This document shows positions 49,475 through 62,153 of a stretch of DNA of 64,000 nt, in pieces. Position 1 is the stretch's first letter, and every line of letters starts with the position of its first letter. The stretch is from contig CM082591.2 of NCBI GenBank assembly GCA_040954595.2, forward strand, positions 3,829,957-3,893,956, given 5' to 3'. This DNA comes from Balanoglossus misakiensis. Lineage: Eukaryota; Animalia; Hemichordata. Under the pieces are notes generated by a model, which was not told the origin of the DNA, searched no databases, and saw nothing but the letters and a program-made list of their open reading frames with translations. The position numbers and the translations under genes were made by a program.

Positions 49475-50845
49475 TTAAGACTGTATATTCGGTAAAGTAA
49501 TCGCATAAACTGAACTCAGGTTGTCGCGTCGCACTCTACTGGATGTGTCTTCGGGCGCTAATTCGACTTGCGAAGACGACTCAGCAATCAAGTTGTCCTC
49601 GCTGGTGACGGCGGCGTGGGGCGGACAACTCAGAACGTGGACCATCCGTTCCCTGTTCCGCTGTCCGATGACGACATCGGCGGCGCTGTTGGTGGTGAGG
49701 ACGACCGGGGCCGGGGTGGCTTTGTCCAGGACCAAGCCGGCCAACTGCAGGTTGTACTGGCGGATTCTGCAGGTGACGATGGCCTTGATGGCGCCGGCGT
49801 ATCGCTTGTTTCGCCACATGTACACGAACGGGTTGATAGACGTGTTCGCCAACAGCAGGAGCACACCGACCTTGTGGAACGAGTAGGGAAACGTGAAGCA
49901 TTCGATTTCTGCCAGATTGATGACGAAATTGATGGACATGCAGATCAGGAACGCGACGAGGATCACGAAGACGTTCATGGTGACTTTTTTATTCCTCTGT
50001 CGTTGCGAGTACTCAGATACGCAGCTGGCAGCAGAGATGCTGTTTCTGTTTCGTTTGAACAGGCCAAAACACCCTACTTTTAACTGAAAAAATATGGCTG
50101 TGTAACAAACCGCCATGACGGAGAACGGAATGAAATAAAGATGCGATACAATGATCAGGGACAAGACAGGGGGTGTGACCACTGGATCGGGGGTGCACAT
50201 GTTAAAAGTGCCGTCGTACTTCACGATGTCTTTGATCCCAAGCTCCGCCATGGAGACAATCACGGCCATGTCGACCAGCCAGATCACGACGCACATGATG
50301 ATGCAGCGTCGCTTGGACACCCTCTGCCTGAACACCGGCTGGCGCTTGGTCACCAACAGGTAGTTGTAGACGGCGATGGCGGCGAGCGTGTGCAGCGAGA
50401 CTTGGAAGGTCAGCGCGAAGGCCACGTAGTGCACGGCGCACGCCGTCATGCCCAGCGGGGGTCGCTGCAGCACGGTGGAGACGGCCAGGTATGGCTGCAC
50501 CACGGCCGCCGAGACCAGGTCGGTCACGCACAGGTTCAGGATGAGCACGGTCAGCGGGTGCTTGTCGAGGCTGGAGCGGTAGAAGTTGTAGAAGGCGCAG
50601 AGGAACGACGTGTTGCCCACGATGCCGATAAGCGCGATGGCAACCAGGCCGGTCACTTGGAGAGACAGACTCCACGTCTGGATAGGGTCGTCAGGGAAAC
50701 ACTGCGCCGGGAAATCGAACTTTGCTTCCAAGGATGATTCCGGTGAAGGTTGCAGTGATGTTCCGCTACCGTTCAAGCCTGAGCTACTCGCAGAAGTGGT
50801 GTTTCCTTCCAGAGAAAATCCCAAGTCGGTCTCGTTTGTCTCCAT
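49475..50845 (-). CDS. Class A (rhodopsin-like) orphan GPCR, intronless CDS, 456 aa
   Basis: Seven hydrophobic segments, GN in TM1, LNLCVTDL in TM2, W in TM4, NPFVY in TM7, N-glycosylation sequons in the N-terminus. The DRY position reads YNY. Confidence 0.9.
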   Translation of the reverse strand: METNETDLGFSLEGNTTSASSSGLNGSGTSLQPSPESSLEAKFDFPAQCFPDDPIQTWSLSLQVTGLVAIALIGIVGNTSFLCAFYNFYRSSLDKHPLTVLILNLCVTDLVSAAVVQPYLAVSTVLQRPPLGMTACAVHYVAFALTFQVSLHTLAAIAVYNYLLVTKRQPVFRQRVSKRRCIIMCVVIWLVDMAVIVSMAELGIKDIVKYDGTFNMCTPDPVVTPPVLSLIIVSHLYFIPFSVMAVCYTAIFFQLKVGCFGLFKRNRNSISAASCVSEYSQRQRNKKVTMNVFVILVAFLICMSINFVINLAEIECFTFPYSFHKVGVLLLLANTSINPFVYMWRNKRYAGAIKAIVTCRIRQYNLQLAGLVLDKATPAPVVLTTNSAADVVIGQRNRERMVHVLSCPPHAAVTSEDNLIAESSSQVELAPEDTSSRVRRDNLSSVYAITLPNIQS

Positions 50846-50979
50846 CTGAAATTATTATCAAATCTACATTGATGAAAATGACCATTTATATTTATTTATT
50901 ATTTATTTAGGTTTATCATACATGCAACGCCTGTATTTGGCACTTTCTATTTTTCTCGCCCCGAAGATATTTTACGGTA

Positions 50980-51097
50980 TTACACTGAGTGCAATAAATC
51001 TCGTGATGTCCGTATTTTGACTCGTTGCGAAGCGCAACTCGTCAAAATACGGACATCACTCGAATACGACGCGTTATCGACCAAAATTCGTGTAATA
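50980..51097. repeat. Palindromic MITE-like element
   Basis: GTGATGTCCGTATTTTGAC...GTCAAAATACGGACATCAC arms with outer TATTACAC / GTGTAATA. Confidence 0.7.
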
Positions 51098-51555
51098 CCC
51101 CCTAATTATTAACAAGGTTATGTTTGTATTATATTGTATTGTACTTTACTGTTACATTTGGATTTCGGATTTTCGATGATAAGAGGTCAAAAAATTAAAG
51201 CATATCGCTTTCATAACTGTTTGGTGAAAACACCAAATCTCCTTGACCTTTACCAGTCTAATCGCCTTCCCAGTTTCGAGTACCAAAATCAGCCTCGGAG
51301 ATTTCCTGAAGTCTCCGCACCGTGACTCGGCTAATCACACCTCCTTATTTGTTGCGATTCTATGCTTTAGCGGAGCTTCCGTCGTTTGAATTCGCCCAGA
51401 GGCTGATCGGTCTTGTTTTCGTGACAGAAACTCCTAACGGCCACGCCTTCCCTTCACTTCCGTCCCACATGGCAATTTACGTCAGTCGGAAGAGTCTTTA
51501 GAGAGTCGTTAGCTATAAAATTTGGTTATTTCTGTCTCTTTCACTATCTAATTGT

Positions 51556-51622
51556 TGTAAAGCGCCTTGATCACGAAACATTGTGGATTCGTGCGCTATA
51601 TTAAAGAACTCACTATTATAAT

Positions 51623-51623
<1 letters not shown>
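51556..51623 (+). mobile_element. 3' tail of an L2-clade LINE or related SINE
   Basis: TGTAAAGCGCCTTGA...GCGCTATATTAAA...TATTATAATT resembles the L2-type 3' stem-loop plus simple-repeat tail. Confidence 0.55.
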
Positions 51624-51653
<30 letters not shown>

Positions 51654-52317
51654 ACCTCTCTCTCTCCTCTCTCTCCCTCCCTCTCCTCCTCCCATTTTTA
51701 GCGAAAGGACAGGTTGTGGGCAAATATGCGAAAAGTTAACTCGGGAGCTGTAGCAATGATGACACTCCGGCCAAATATCCAACTCCTGCATTTATTCCAA
51801 GTCACCATGGTGGCAAAATGATTCACGCAAACCATATTCAGTTTCTTTCAGCTATCATGTATATGCCAACGACATGGTTAATACCAAATATTAAAGAGAA
51901 AAGGGGTTTTTCGCTTGATTGAATATGCATGTTAGTTAGCGGAGCCTGGCAGGCAGATGCGATCTGACTTTTGTATTAGGTTCCTCCTGGATTAGGTTTG
52001 CCATAGTTAGTGTCGAGTTTCTTTCTTATTTAGCATAAATATTTTAAAAAGAAATTAATCCTTATCCGTCTATCATCACATGTTGCTAGATCATGTATTC
52101 CTATTGAGACAGTATCTTTGCTTTCAAATTATAACCCGCGTACGCTTTAGAGGTTGAACGCTGGCTAGACGTTGTTGGGCACACTCGCGTGGCTGAGACG
52201 TTGCTGTTAAAGCCCCAATAACTGCCATTTTTCGCATTAATTTCATGAAAAACGCAAAGGCAATTATGGTCGAAACCATGTACATGATTGATTGTTTAAT
52301 TAAGAGTTTTGTCTTTT

Positions 52318-52530
52318 CAGGAACCTCCTAAAATACGACAAAATAGGGGAAATACATCGTCGATCGGTAATTTAAGAACTTTTAGTTTTTTTTAGGAACC
52401 TTGTAAAATACGAAATATGAAAAATACATCGTTGATCGGTAATTTAAGAACTTAAAGTTTTTTAGGAACCTTGTAAAATACAACGAAATATGAAAAATAC
52501 ATCGTTGATCGGTAATTTAAGAGCTTTTTT
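52318..52530. repeat. ~70-bp tandem repeat, ~3 copies
   Basis: AGGAACCT...AAAATAC...AAATACATCGTTGATCGGTAATTTAAGA repeated. Confidence 0.8.
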
Positions 52531-53533
52531 GTCTTTTTGGAAATTAATAAAATATGATAAAATAATTATAGAAAATACATGGTTGATTCATTTTTGTCTT
52601 GTTGAACCGCTTGAGACATTCCTGCTTTCTGAAACATTTCGACTCTGACTGCTGTAAAGTTACCAGGATAGACAATAAGAGAGATTTGAATAAATGGAAA
52701 AGCTCTTACCTTTCGTGTATCGCTTGGCTCATTAGAATGAGTTGGTCGCTGGCGACTGGTGATTCATATTACTGACAAGAGGGCGCTGTCATATGATCTG
52801 TCAATCAAAGCCCTGAAGTGGCTACTAATTACTCACAATGACTGCTTGGTAAACGCAACATTTGACATTTTCCTTATCCAATAAGAACAAAGCAAAGACA
52901 ATGCACTGCATATGACAACGATATCGAGGAAATCACAATTCTTCGCCACCTTGTCAAAAATACATCATTAGCCCTTTAACTTTCTGATGCGTCATTAAGC
53001 TTGTCATCTGACAATGAACAACTTGAGCTTTCACACGAAGGAGGCAAAATTAATGGCTCACACCTGAATCATGATGCAAATGACACCACTGTGTTTGTCT
53101 GTGCAAATGATCACTTACGGCCTTGCACACAGGAAGTGACACGTGCTAAGATCAAACCTCCGCAGAAGTAAAGTGCTAGAAATTTGATTTAGAAGACATG
53201 CAAAAACAATGTAGTTATACCAAAAAATATGAAAACATTAACAAAAATAAATATATATCTGTCATTACCTATCCTTTTACTTAATTCTACGATATTTTTC
53301 TAGCCAGGAAATGTACCTATTTTGAGACTTTGGTTTAAAAGTACATGTGCTACTAAGTAGTATTGTATTCTATAGACATGCAAATATAATCTGTTGAAGT
53401 TATTATGTACTCTTTCTGTGAATACATGTGTCACTACCATAAAATATATTGTGCAGTTTTCTCTGATTTTGTGATGTTTTTACTCAGCAGCTCATGTCGG
53501 CTCCCGAGAAAAAATGGTTGACTCCAAGTGGTA

Positions 53534-53680
53534 CAGTCAAACCTGTGTTTAGTGGCCACTTGTCTATGGTGGCCATGTTGTTACCAGTCCCTATGCAATT
53601 TACATGTGCATTAATTGACCTGTCTACAAAGGCCAGTTTAGGAAAGTCCCTTGACTGGCCACTATAGACAGGTTCGACTG
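53534..53680. mobile_element. Tc1/mariner (pogo/Tigger-type) MITE, 147 bp
   Basis: TA|CAGTCAAACCTGT...ACAGGTTCGACTG|TA: terminal inverted repeats with a TA duplication. A related decayed copy lies at ~42007-42172. Confidence 0.8.
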
Positions 53681-53747
53681 TACATGTATATGCAAGAAAG
53701 ACCCATGCGCTATTTTAGTGTATATTCCTTAGAATTTAAATTCAGCG

Positions 53748-53912
53748 TCATGGCAACCACCCACTTGTGGTCAAATTAATCCACGGAGTCCAAGCATAAC
53801 CATGTAGCTTGGGATTTGAATTGGGATCTCCGGGTTTATTGACTGGTTGCACAGCAGTTTTGTTGTAGTGCTCTAACCTGTCCATCATGAGCTGTACAAC
53901 ATCTGGTGACAA

Positions 53913-53963
<51 letters not shown>

Positions 53964-56900
53964 AAATGAATGAATGAATGAATGAATAAATGAATGAATG
54001 AATGAAAGAATGAATGAATAAATAAATATAAAATTAAATAAATAAATAAAAATAAATAAATAAATAAATAAAAATAAACAAATAAATAAGTATCACAAAC
54101 TTCTTTTTTGGTTATTTACTTCATTTAGGAAATATTTCAAGGACAGACACCCCGATCGTCAGTTGTAAAATAAATGTGACTTACCTGGATACTTATCAGC
54201 AATGTTCTGATATTCACACGGATCGAGAATGACATTATACAGACAAGGTTTCTTTTTGGGTTTACAGTTTGTTGACGCGTTGGCAGGTTTGATCCCACAA
54301 TGCACTACTGCAGCTCTGGCATCATGGGGGACAGGTTTAGGCTCTGGTTGAGGGAAAGAAAACGAATTTGAGATTGATCTGAAAAATGTCATTATCTGTC
54401 TCTACTTATACTAATTTGAGATTCAAATTTTTCATCCAGCAAACAAACGAACTACAAAATTCCTCACCACAACAAACAAATAAAATGAAAATAACAAACA
54501 AACAGGCAAATAAAAATACATAGATCAAATAAATGCATAACCAGAATACATGAATAACTATACAGATAAATATATAAGTTATATACATAAACAAACAAAA
54601 TGTATAAATAAATAAACAAAAATAAGCAAACAAACAAACAAACAAATAAACAAACAAACAAACAAATACCTCCTGGGTATCCTTCTGGTGGGTACCACTC
54701 ATCCCACTTGCCCTGTTCCTCTTCTCCAATTATGATCTTGTATTCTCCCATTCTCAGAGCAGCACTGCCCTCAATGGGGTCAATGTTGTGCAGGATCTCC
54801 GTTCTTGGAGACGGGGTGCCCCTTAAAACCAAAACCAAAAGACAGATCTTTGAAATATTGCCCTGATGCAAATTCGAAATGTTATACCACTTCTATCCAA
54901 CAACTGTGTATGTTTTGGCATTTTTAATATATCTTAATGTACATGTGTGCGTCAAATTTGACTTGAGAATAGCAAATTTTTCTTTCACTTACCTAGACAG
55001 TGTATGCCATACATTCAGACCGTCCAAATTTCCGGGCAAATCAGAAACGTTTCCGCCGGCGAGGTGATACAGCGTCGGAAGCCAGTCTAAGACTTGGACC
55101 ATGTCTTCAGAGACCCGCCCGGGTTTCTCCAGCAAGGGGCTGTGGACGAACCCCACGCCGCGCACCCCTCCCTCCCACAGCGTGTGCTTGATGCCGCGCA
55201 GGGGCCAGTTGGAGGCGTGGTTCATGTCGAAGCCCGCCGCCGGTCCGCCGTTGTCCGTGCTGAAGACGACGACCGAGTTCTCGTACAGGCGAGACGCTTT
55301 GAGTGCTCTCGTGACGTTGTCGACGCCATCGTCCAGTGCAGACACCATCCCTGGTTTAAATAAATGTGCCTTTTTACTCACATCGAACGTACAAAAAAAT
55401 TGACAAATCAAAACTCAAATAGCTGCAATATTTTTTGCTATTTTCACACTTATTTTTGACTGCCCATATTTTACCCCATTTGGGACACATATGGGTGATA
55501 TATTGTGATACATTGTGGCCAATATGGTCAAGTGGTTTTGTGACTATGTGGTGGTATTTAACCCTTTCACCACCATGGTTCAGTCCAAATCCACTGTTTT
55601 CTATGGTAAGTTTGGACCTCTGAAGAGGGAACCGGGGGTGGAAGGGTTAGACTGTGCATGTCCAGGTACACCGAGTTCAACAACAACGTGAAAATGGAAT
55701 TGTACAGCCATGTCCTACCTGCAAACGTTCTTCTTTTCTCGTCCAGGATGTAGGGAAATCTACTGGTGTATTTGTAGGGAGCTTGTAAGGGAACATTCCG
55801 ATTGGCACTGTGGACAGCTTGGTATGGCAGATACAGGAACAATGGCTGCAATCATGAAATGTGATATTGAATTAGCATTTTTTCTATCATATGAACTTGA
55901 GCAGAATTTTATGATTTTTGTATATTTTGAATGAATGAATAAATGAATGAATGAATGAATGAATGAATGAATGAATGAATGAATGGATGGATGGATGGAT
56001 GGATGGATGGATGGATGGATGGATGGATGGATGAATGAATGAATGAATGAATGAAGGAAGGAATGAATGAATGAAAAACAAACAAATGAATGAACATTGC
56101 CTCTAGAACAACTTCAAAATATGTGTACAAGAAGTAATTTTCCCTCACAGCAATAACATTTCTCCAACAAAGATGTCTCTAAAACCTACATTTTCAGGAT
56201 TGTGATTTTTGATGATATCCACAGCTTTGGATGTAAACAGTTCAGTGCTGTATTCTCCATAAACTGATCGTTCAAGATCTTTGTTGCTCCGGAAATCTAA
56301 ACCAATGTATTTCTAGGAAAGAGAAAAAGAGGAGAAAACAGATTATCAGAAATGAGATTCCCCGATAAAACCTTTTTGTGTACCTGTAAAATATCTCTCC
56401 TGAATGAATAATTCATAATAAATGTATTTCCAGAACAAGATAACGTGTATCCAAATTTAAACGTATTCCTTTCATCTCTTAAAATGTACAGCTGTCTGCA
56501 AAATTGATTTGTTGAAAATACTAGTAAGGCCAAATTATAATTATAATTCTAAGAAACACAATATGCAACTCAAAACAACACTAAGCTTTTTTTTAAAGTT
56601 AAAGCCCCAGTATTTCTCGTGTGTATCCATTTTTCATCATCGAAAAATGCCCGTTTTTCCTGTACATTCATCATGGAATACTACATAATGAAGATAGAAG
56701 AAAGGTTTGGGCAACTGTAGCTACGTGCAAGCTGTAAATATTGCCCGTAACACTTGAAATGATGCGCGGGTTTGTTTACAACGGAAATGTTGTACATGTC
56801 GATCAGCAAACGTGCCACTTTGACATTTTGATGGTCAGACCATTTTCGGATTTGATCTGGTTCCATCGACTGATTTCTCCCATAAAGTTATCTTCCCAAA

Positions 56901-58812
56901 ATTTCGCCGAATTAGTGCGCATTTCTTCGCTGAGTCGCTTGATTTGGGGCGACCAAACCTCTTCCGCATAGATTCACATTTGAGTGCGCATGCGCACTAG
57001 TCACGTGTGTCAACATTAGCCTGACTCACGTGACTTTCTGTCCAGACAGAAAGTCATTCTTCACTCGTTATATTGTAAATTGTATGAGTTTATCAGCAGA
57101 GCTGGGGATGATGACTGTTCGATTCAGTATCAATTATCATCTACTTTTAGAAATTATAGATGCCGTTTCAAACAAAATTTTGCCCTTACGAGAAATACTG
57201 TGGCTTTAAAAAGGTGAAATAACACAAACTGTAAACTAAACAATTTCTTTAGTCTTTTGGTGTCTGTTTATTTTTGTTTATGTACCTTGGATTCAGCTGC
57301 GTGTACGTAGTAATCTTCTTCTCCATTGTAATATCCATAGTGGGTATCGAAGCCTCGGTATAAGGGGGTGTACTCCCATGCAAAGTAGCCTAGATGCCAC
57401 TGGGGAATAGTAAAAATAGAGAAACAAGTCATTGTCAATGACCAAGTCCCCAATGGATCAAGATATATAGAGATGACAAGTCATCGTCAATGACCAAGTC
57501 CCCACTGGATCAAGATATATAGAGATGACAAGTCATTGTCAATGACCAAGTCCCCACTGGATCAAGCTATATCGAGATGACAAGTCATCGTCAATGACCA
57601 AGTCTCCACTGGATCAAGATATATAGAGATAACAAGTCATTGTCAATGACCAAGTCCCCACTGGATCAAGATATATAGAGATAACAAGTCATTGTCAATG
57701 ACCAAGTCCCCACTGGATCAAGATATATAGAGATGACAAGTCATTGTCAATGACCAAGTCCTCACTGGATCAGATATATAGAGATGACAAGTCATTGTCA
57801 ATGACGAAGCCCCCACTGGATCAAGATATATAGAGATGACAAGTCATTGTCAATGACCAAGTCTCCACTGGATCAAGGTATACAGAGATCACTGATGGTT
57901 GGTGGTCAGAAGTCAAAATTGTCGTGCACACACGGAATACCAGTTTTGACCTGTTACAAAATAGTCAATGTTTGTCATAGTGTTGAGATGGACTCACTCA
58001 CCTTGCCAACTATATGTGTGGCGTAACCGAGCTTCTTGAGATATTGCGCCATGGTGGTTTCATTCAAGGGTAAACCGAATGGCTGATCGGCCGTTATCAC
58101 ACTGTGTTGCATTCCTGGAAGCGAAAAACAGAGTGTTGATGAATTACGTCGTTTGAAAACAGATCATATAAAAACTCAATACAATCTAGTAGCTATATAC
58201 AATGGATAACTCTTAAAGTTCTTATTACTAATGATTGGTGTCAAAAGTAACCTACACACATATACATGAGTGTGTGCATGTATGTGTGTGTGTATGTGTG
58301 TGTGTGTGCGCGTCTGTGTGTGCAAAGACTATTGACTCTCACCAAGATGTATGGGATGTCGTCCTGTCATCAAAGCAGCTCTGGTGGGTGTACAGATCGG
58401 CTGCACGTAGTAGTTGTGTAAAATGACACCACTGTAAGCCAAGGCGTCAATGTTTGGAGTGGGAATCTGGTCGGAACCATGGAAACTCACATCGTCCCAA
58501 CCCTGTAAAGTAACAAAATGATGAGCGCATAGTTCAAATTTTACTACCAGCCATACTAAGACACCTGTTCTGATTGGCTCTGTTGCATTTTCACTAAAAC
58601 TGTCATATCTACGATATATCCCCCTCCCCCAACATACAACTCCCAGAAATGTCTGCAAAATTCAACATTGTCCTTCTCCAATCTTTCCCTCTTACCAGGT
58701 CATCTGCAACGATGAGAATGATGTTGGGTTGCTTAGCAACGGACAGAGACGCTGCCAACTGCAGCAGGCCAATAATGATGACTTGGTGTGGAACTGAGCT
58801 GGCCATTTTCAT
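53748..58812 (-). CDS. Arylsulfatase B-like (ARSB/ARSI/ARSJ family) secreted or lysosomal sulfatase, ~10 coding exons
   Basis: Signal peptide, [17 protein letters not shown], formylglycine motif [69 protein letters not shown], terminal WTPW. Probable non-coding first exon ending at 59414. Confidence 0.93.
53910..54090. repeat. (AAAT)n/(GAAT)n microsatellite
   Basis: Directly visible. Confidence 0.95.
55562..55646. mobile_element. 85-bp piggyBac-like MITE (related copies at ~37520, 38054-38525, ~41613-41692, ~45810-45890)
   Basis: TTAA|CCCTTTCACCACC...GGGGGTGGAAGGG|TTAG: CCCT termini next to TTAA-like sites, with a shared core GGTCCAAATC...TTGGAC. Confidence 0.7.
55929..56075. repeat. (GAAT)n(GGAT)n compound microsatellite
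   Basis: Directly visible. Confidence 0.95.
56603..57205. mobile_element. 603-bp non-autonomous DNA transposon, Kolobok-like
   Basis: TTAA|AGCCCCAGTATTTCTCGT...ACGAGAAATACTGTGGCT|TTAA: 18-bp terminal inverted repeat (17/18) with TTAA duplication. Related TTAAAGCCCCA ends at ~13596, 14654, 41354, 45018, 48482 and 52207. Confidence 0.8.
57425..57888. repeat. 52-bp minisatellite, ~9 copies (sulfatase intron)
   Basis: Unit GATGACAAGTCATTGTCAATGACCAAGTCCCCACTGGATCAAGATATATAGA. Confidence 0.95.
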
Positions 58813-59896
58813 CGAGATCGTTTACCAAAATTTCCAACCATCTACAATTCTGCAATCAGATTGAACAAGAAAGTTATGGTAGCTACATCAATTTACCGAC
58901 ACTTTTTATGTTATGTTTTGACAATGCACTATGTACAGTGTATATTTATTTCACTGGCAAATATCAATGATTATCCTTTTAAGACCTGGCTATGCCTTCC
59001 CAAAGTTGCTGTTTTTCATTGAATAAAAAATGAAAAAAATACGTCACAACATACGTGGACACCGAGTCACGTTTAATTGGTAGTTTTATAAATGTTGGCT
59101 GTAGAGGGCGCGTGACTTTACCCCGTTATCAGCTGTGGGACAGCTGGTCTAACTTCCGGGATATCTGTAACCTGTAACCTTGACAACGAGGAAATGCCTA
59201 TAGAGACCTTTCCTGCCTTTGGGCTGGTGGACAATTTGTCCCGGTTGTTCTTGGGTGTTGTAGTGGTAATACTATGGTCTTGCCGAGCTAAAACTTTCAG
59301 CTCAGGTGGGGAACATGGGGCTAGACGGGGAAGTCCTCCCCCCCTTCTACCTCCATGGGTACGGTGGGACGTCCGAAAACAGAGACCAACACAGCAGAAT
59401 TGTTATAAACTTACCAAGAAGGACGGCGGCGATACAACTCTCCACCTTCCTGCTTGCTGGCCTGTCCTAGATAACTTTCATCGGAACAATTACGAACACT
59501 TTGACATAATGTCAGCTGACGAGCACGCGTTGTGATCAGCTGTGCAGGACGACCTTTGACCCGAAGAACGGGGGGGGGGGGGGCGGCAGCACGCATGGGC
59601 GTTGGCCACACAGTCATCACTGCTATATTTTTAAGCCTGCGTTTATTCAAGTGCTAAATCATTGTTTGTATCTATTTACACAATAAAACAATATATTGTT
59701 GGCAGTAAAAAAGTCATTTTTCAGTTTAGCTAAATTCTCGACAAAGGAAATCAAATCTTGGTGTCTATATAACATGTCCTAGATGGTACACTAGCATAAA
59801 CTTTTGTTAGTTATTTATTTTAAAGCAGATTTATACTATGATGTTATCTATGTAAATAGTTCAGGTAATAAAAAAATCACGTGAGTATCACGTGCT

Positions 59897-62153
59897 CTAA
59901 CAGTCCCCTGTCTCCCTCTGGTCCGGCTCCCAGAATGCCCTGGTGGTTACATTTCTGATATTGCTCGGGTATGGGTTGGAAGCTAGGTGGCTTTTGTCGA
60001 TTGCCGGTAAGGCATACACTGTCTTGCCCTTCACGATAACATTCCCTTGCTCTGCAAAAAAGATAAGGCATCAAATGTTAAAACATGTGTACTTCGTCAT
60101 CACTTTCGTGTGCTTTTTGTAGTGACGTAATGCACTTGTTTTAATATTACTAAAATTGTATTTTTGCGTCTTAAATACGTGTAGCTGTCGTGAAATGAAG
60201 GATGGGCATGTCTACCAGAAAATGAATATGGCGCAATGGGTTACGATCACTCACCGATGTCTGTCTGCCCAGTTGTGCATGTGTCTCTCACTGCGCCCCC
60301 TTCGCTCTCACACCCCCTCCCTCTCTCCCTCCCTCCCCTGACACGTTGCTTACACGTACCGATCACAGTATCAGCGGCGCTTTCATCTTCAAACGTCACA
60401 AATCCAAATCCTTTCGGTTTCCCGTTGGGATTCTTCATGATTCTGAGCACTTTGATGGGACCGAATTTAAAAAGCTCTTCTTGTAAATCGTTCTCGGTCA
60501 GCCCTTGTGTCCCTCCAAGAAACACCTTGCCTCGAGTTCGCTAGATGAAAAACAACAACACGATTGATCAAAATGAACAAAACTTTGTGAATTGAGCCCT
60601 GGCAACAGGTTATCAAGGAAGTTACCAGAATAACTCATTGCAAATAAAACCTTTGTGAATCTAGTTGTAACTGAACATTTAATCCAGGAAAACGGCGAAG
60701 GGATTATACATCCCTACTACTAGTATGCAATAGGCGCCCACGACAATTAATTACCTCGCCAAAATATCCCGATTCTCCGAGACCGTCGTAGAAGAACCCG
60801 CTGTCGCCGGCTTCTTCGGGAATGCTGAATATTTCCATGGAAGCGGAAGATCCAGTTGCATTATCGTATGGAATGGCCGGCTTCACATCAACGGTCATTC
60901 CGTTTGGTAACGTGTGGAAACGCCGTCCTAGTAAAAAGGATGAAAAGTGAGGTTTTTGTTTCTAAATATTTTAGCACGAGACTTAATAGACCATTATCTG
61001 AGCTGCACTAGACCCTGGGAGATCTCGCGCCGGGATCTCGCTAACCTAGGCAGTTTCTCAATACGGTGACACAGGACAAACAACACATGGCCCATCGCGA
61101 ACGACAAAAAAGTTACAATTCTGGTAAACCTATTCTAGTTTCATACAAAGCTTGAGTATATTACTTGGCTAGCAAGCTGTTGCTATGGGAATTAACTAAG
61201 TCTCGCGAAATGAGAGGGGAAATCATCTATTGCACGAGTCGCGCATTCATGAATTAAACCTGTACTCACTTTGTAGTTGATGGGTGGGCGCTAGCCTGTA
61301 TTCCACGAATCCGAAACCTTTACTCATGCCGGATCTCTGGTCCTTTTTGATGCAGATCGACTTGATTTTCCCAAACTGGCGGAAGTAATGGTAGATGTCC
61401 CCCTGCTTGGCGTTACCGATTCCGCCGACGAAGTACCGCGTCATCGGCTCGAACTGGGACATGCGCATGGGGGCCGGGGGAGGGTGGATGGGCTCTGAGA
61501 TGTGGACCGGGATGGGTTTCGATATGGGCACTGGGTTATCTCGGGTGACTTCGTCGACGAGATCGTCGAGGTGTGCTGGCGCAGACGCTGAGCTCCGTGG
61601 CCACACTGGTTTGAATTTTGTGCTGCTGTAGTGCTGTGTCATAAAATAAAACACAATGTAAAACACTAGTATTTGTAGATTATTAGGGTAGTACAAATGT
61701 TAGTAATATGAAATGGCGGGATCCCCCCTCAAAACTAAATAAATGAGAAAATAAAACGAAGAGTATCCTCACCTCGGATAAATCTTGTTTAAACCCGTCC
61801 GTTTCTGAAGAAACTTTAGGAATGACGTGGTTAAATACCCCGTCCGGAAGCCCAGAAAATTGATTCCACGGGACAGTCCTGTGGCGTCCAGGTTCGGAGT
61901 CTGGGGAAACGTTGATGCTACAAAGCAAATTGGAATTAAAACATAGTCTCCATTAAATTTTATAAAAATCAATTATTCCTAGGCTGTTTGAAAGCAACTT
62001 ATGTGGTGAAAGTTTCAGATTGGCTGCAAACCACACTTATTGTTTTAAGACGGAATCTTCAGTTTCATATTACATGCACAAGTTCCATCACATTTATAAT
62101 TATAAACCAAAAATGCATTTTCTTCAAACTTACCTTTTCTCGGAGCCATTCAT
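59897..62153 (-). CDS. Two-RRM RNA-binding protein (Musashi/DAZAP1/hnRNP A-like, divergent), 6 coding exons
   Basis: RRM1 YFVGGI...DQRSGMSKGFGFVEY...HTLPNGMTVDVKPAIP; RRM2 VFLGGT...NGKPKGFGFVTFEDE...VKGKTVYALPAIDK. Exon phases (2,0,1,0,1) are consistent with a start at 62153 (MNGSEKSINV...) and a TAG at 59897. Confidence 0.82.

Noticed and set aside
54343-54670. Apparent frameshift in the sulfatase gene
   Set aside because: Using the acceptor CCTCAACCAG| at 54343 instead of TTTTCAG| at ~54378 keeps the frame.
59160-59480. GC-richer segment with hairpins as an ncRNA (RNase P/MRP, 7SK, telomerase RNA) or a 113-aa ORF
   Set aside because: No complete diagnostic motif set. A TTG|GTAAGT donor at 59413 and an acceptor at 58850 explain it as the sulfatase 5' non-coding exon and first intron. 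An Infernal search would be needed to exclude an intronic RNA.
4885-62153. A functional germline or sex gene cluster (DMRT, SPMIP2-like, retinoid-producing oxygenase, RRM protein)
   Set aside because: Suggestive, but the genes are interspersed with housekeeping genes, and adjacency alone is not evidence of co-function in an animal genome. Only the DMRT/SPMIP2-like pair was kept as a finding.
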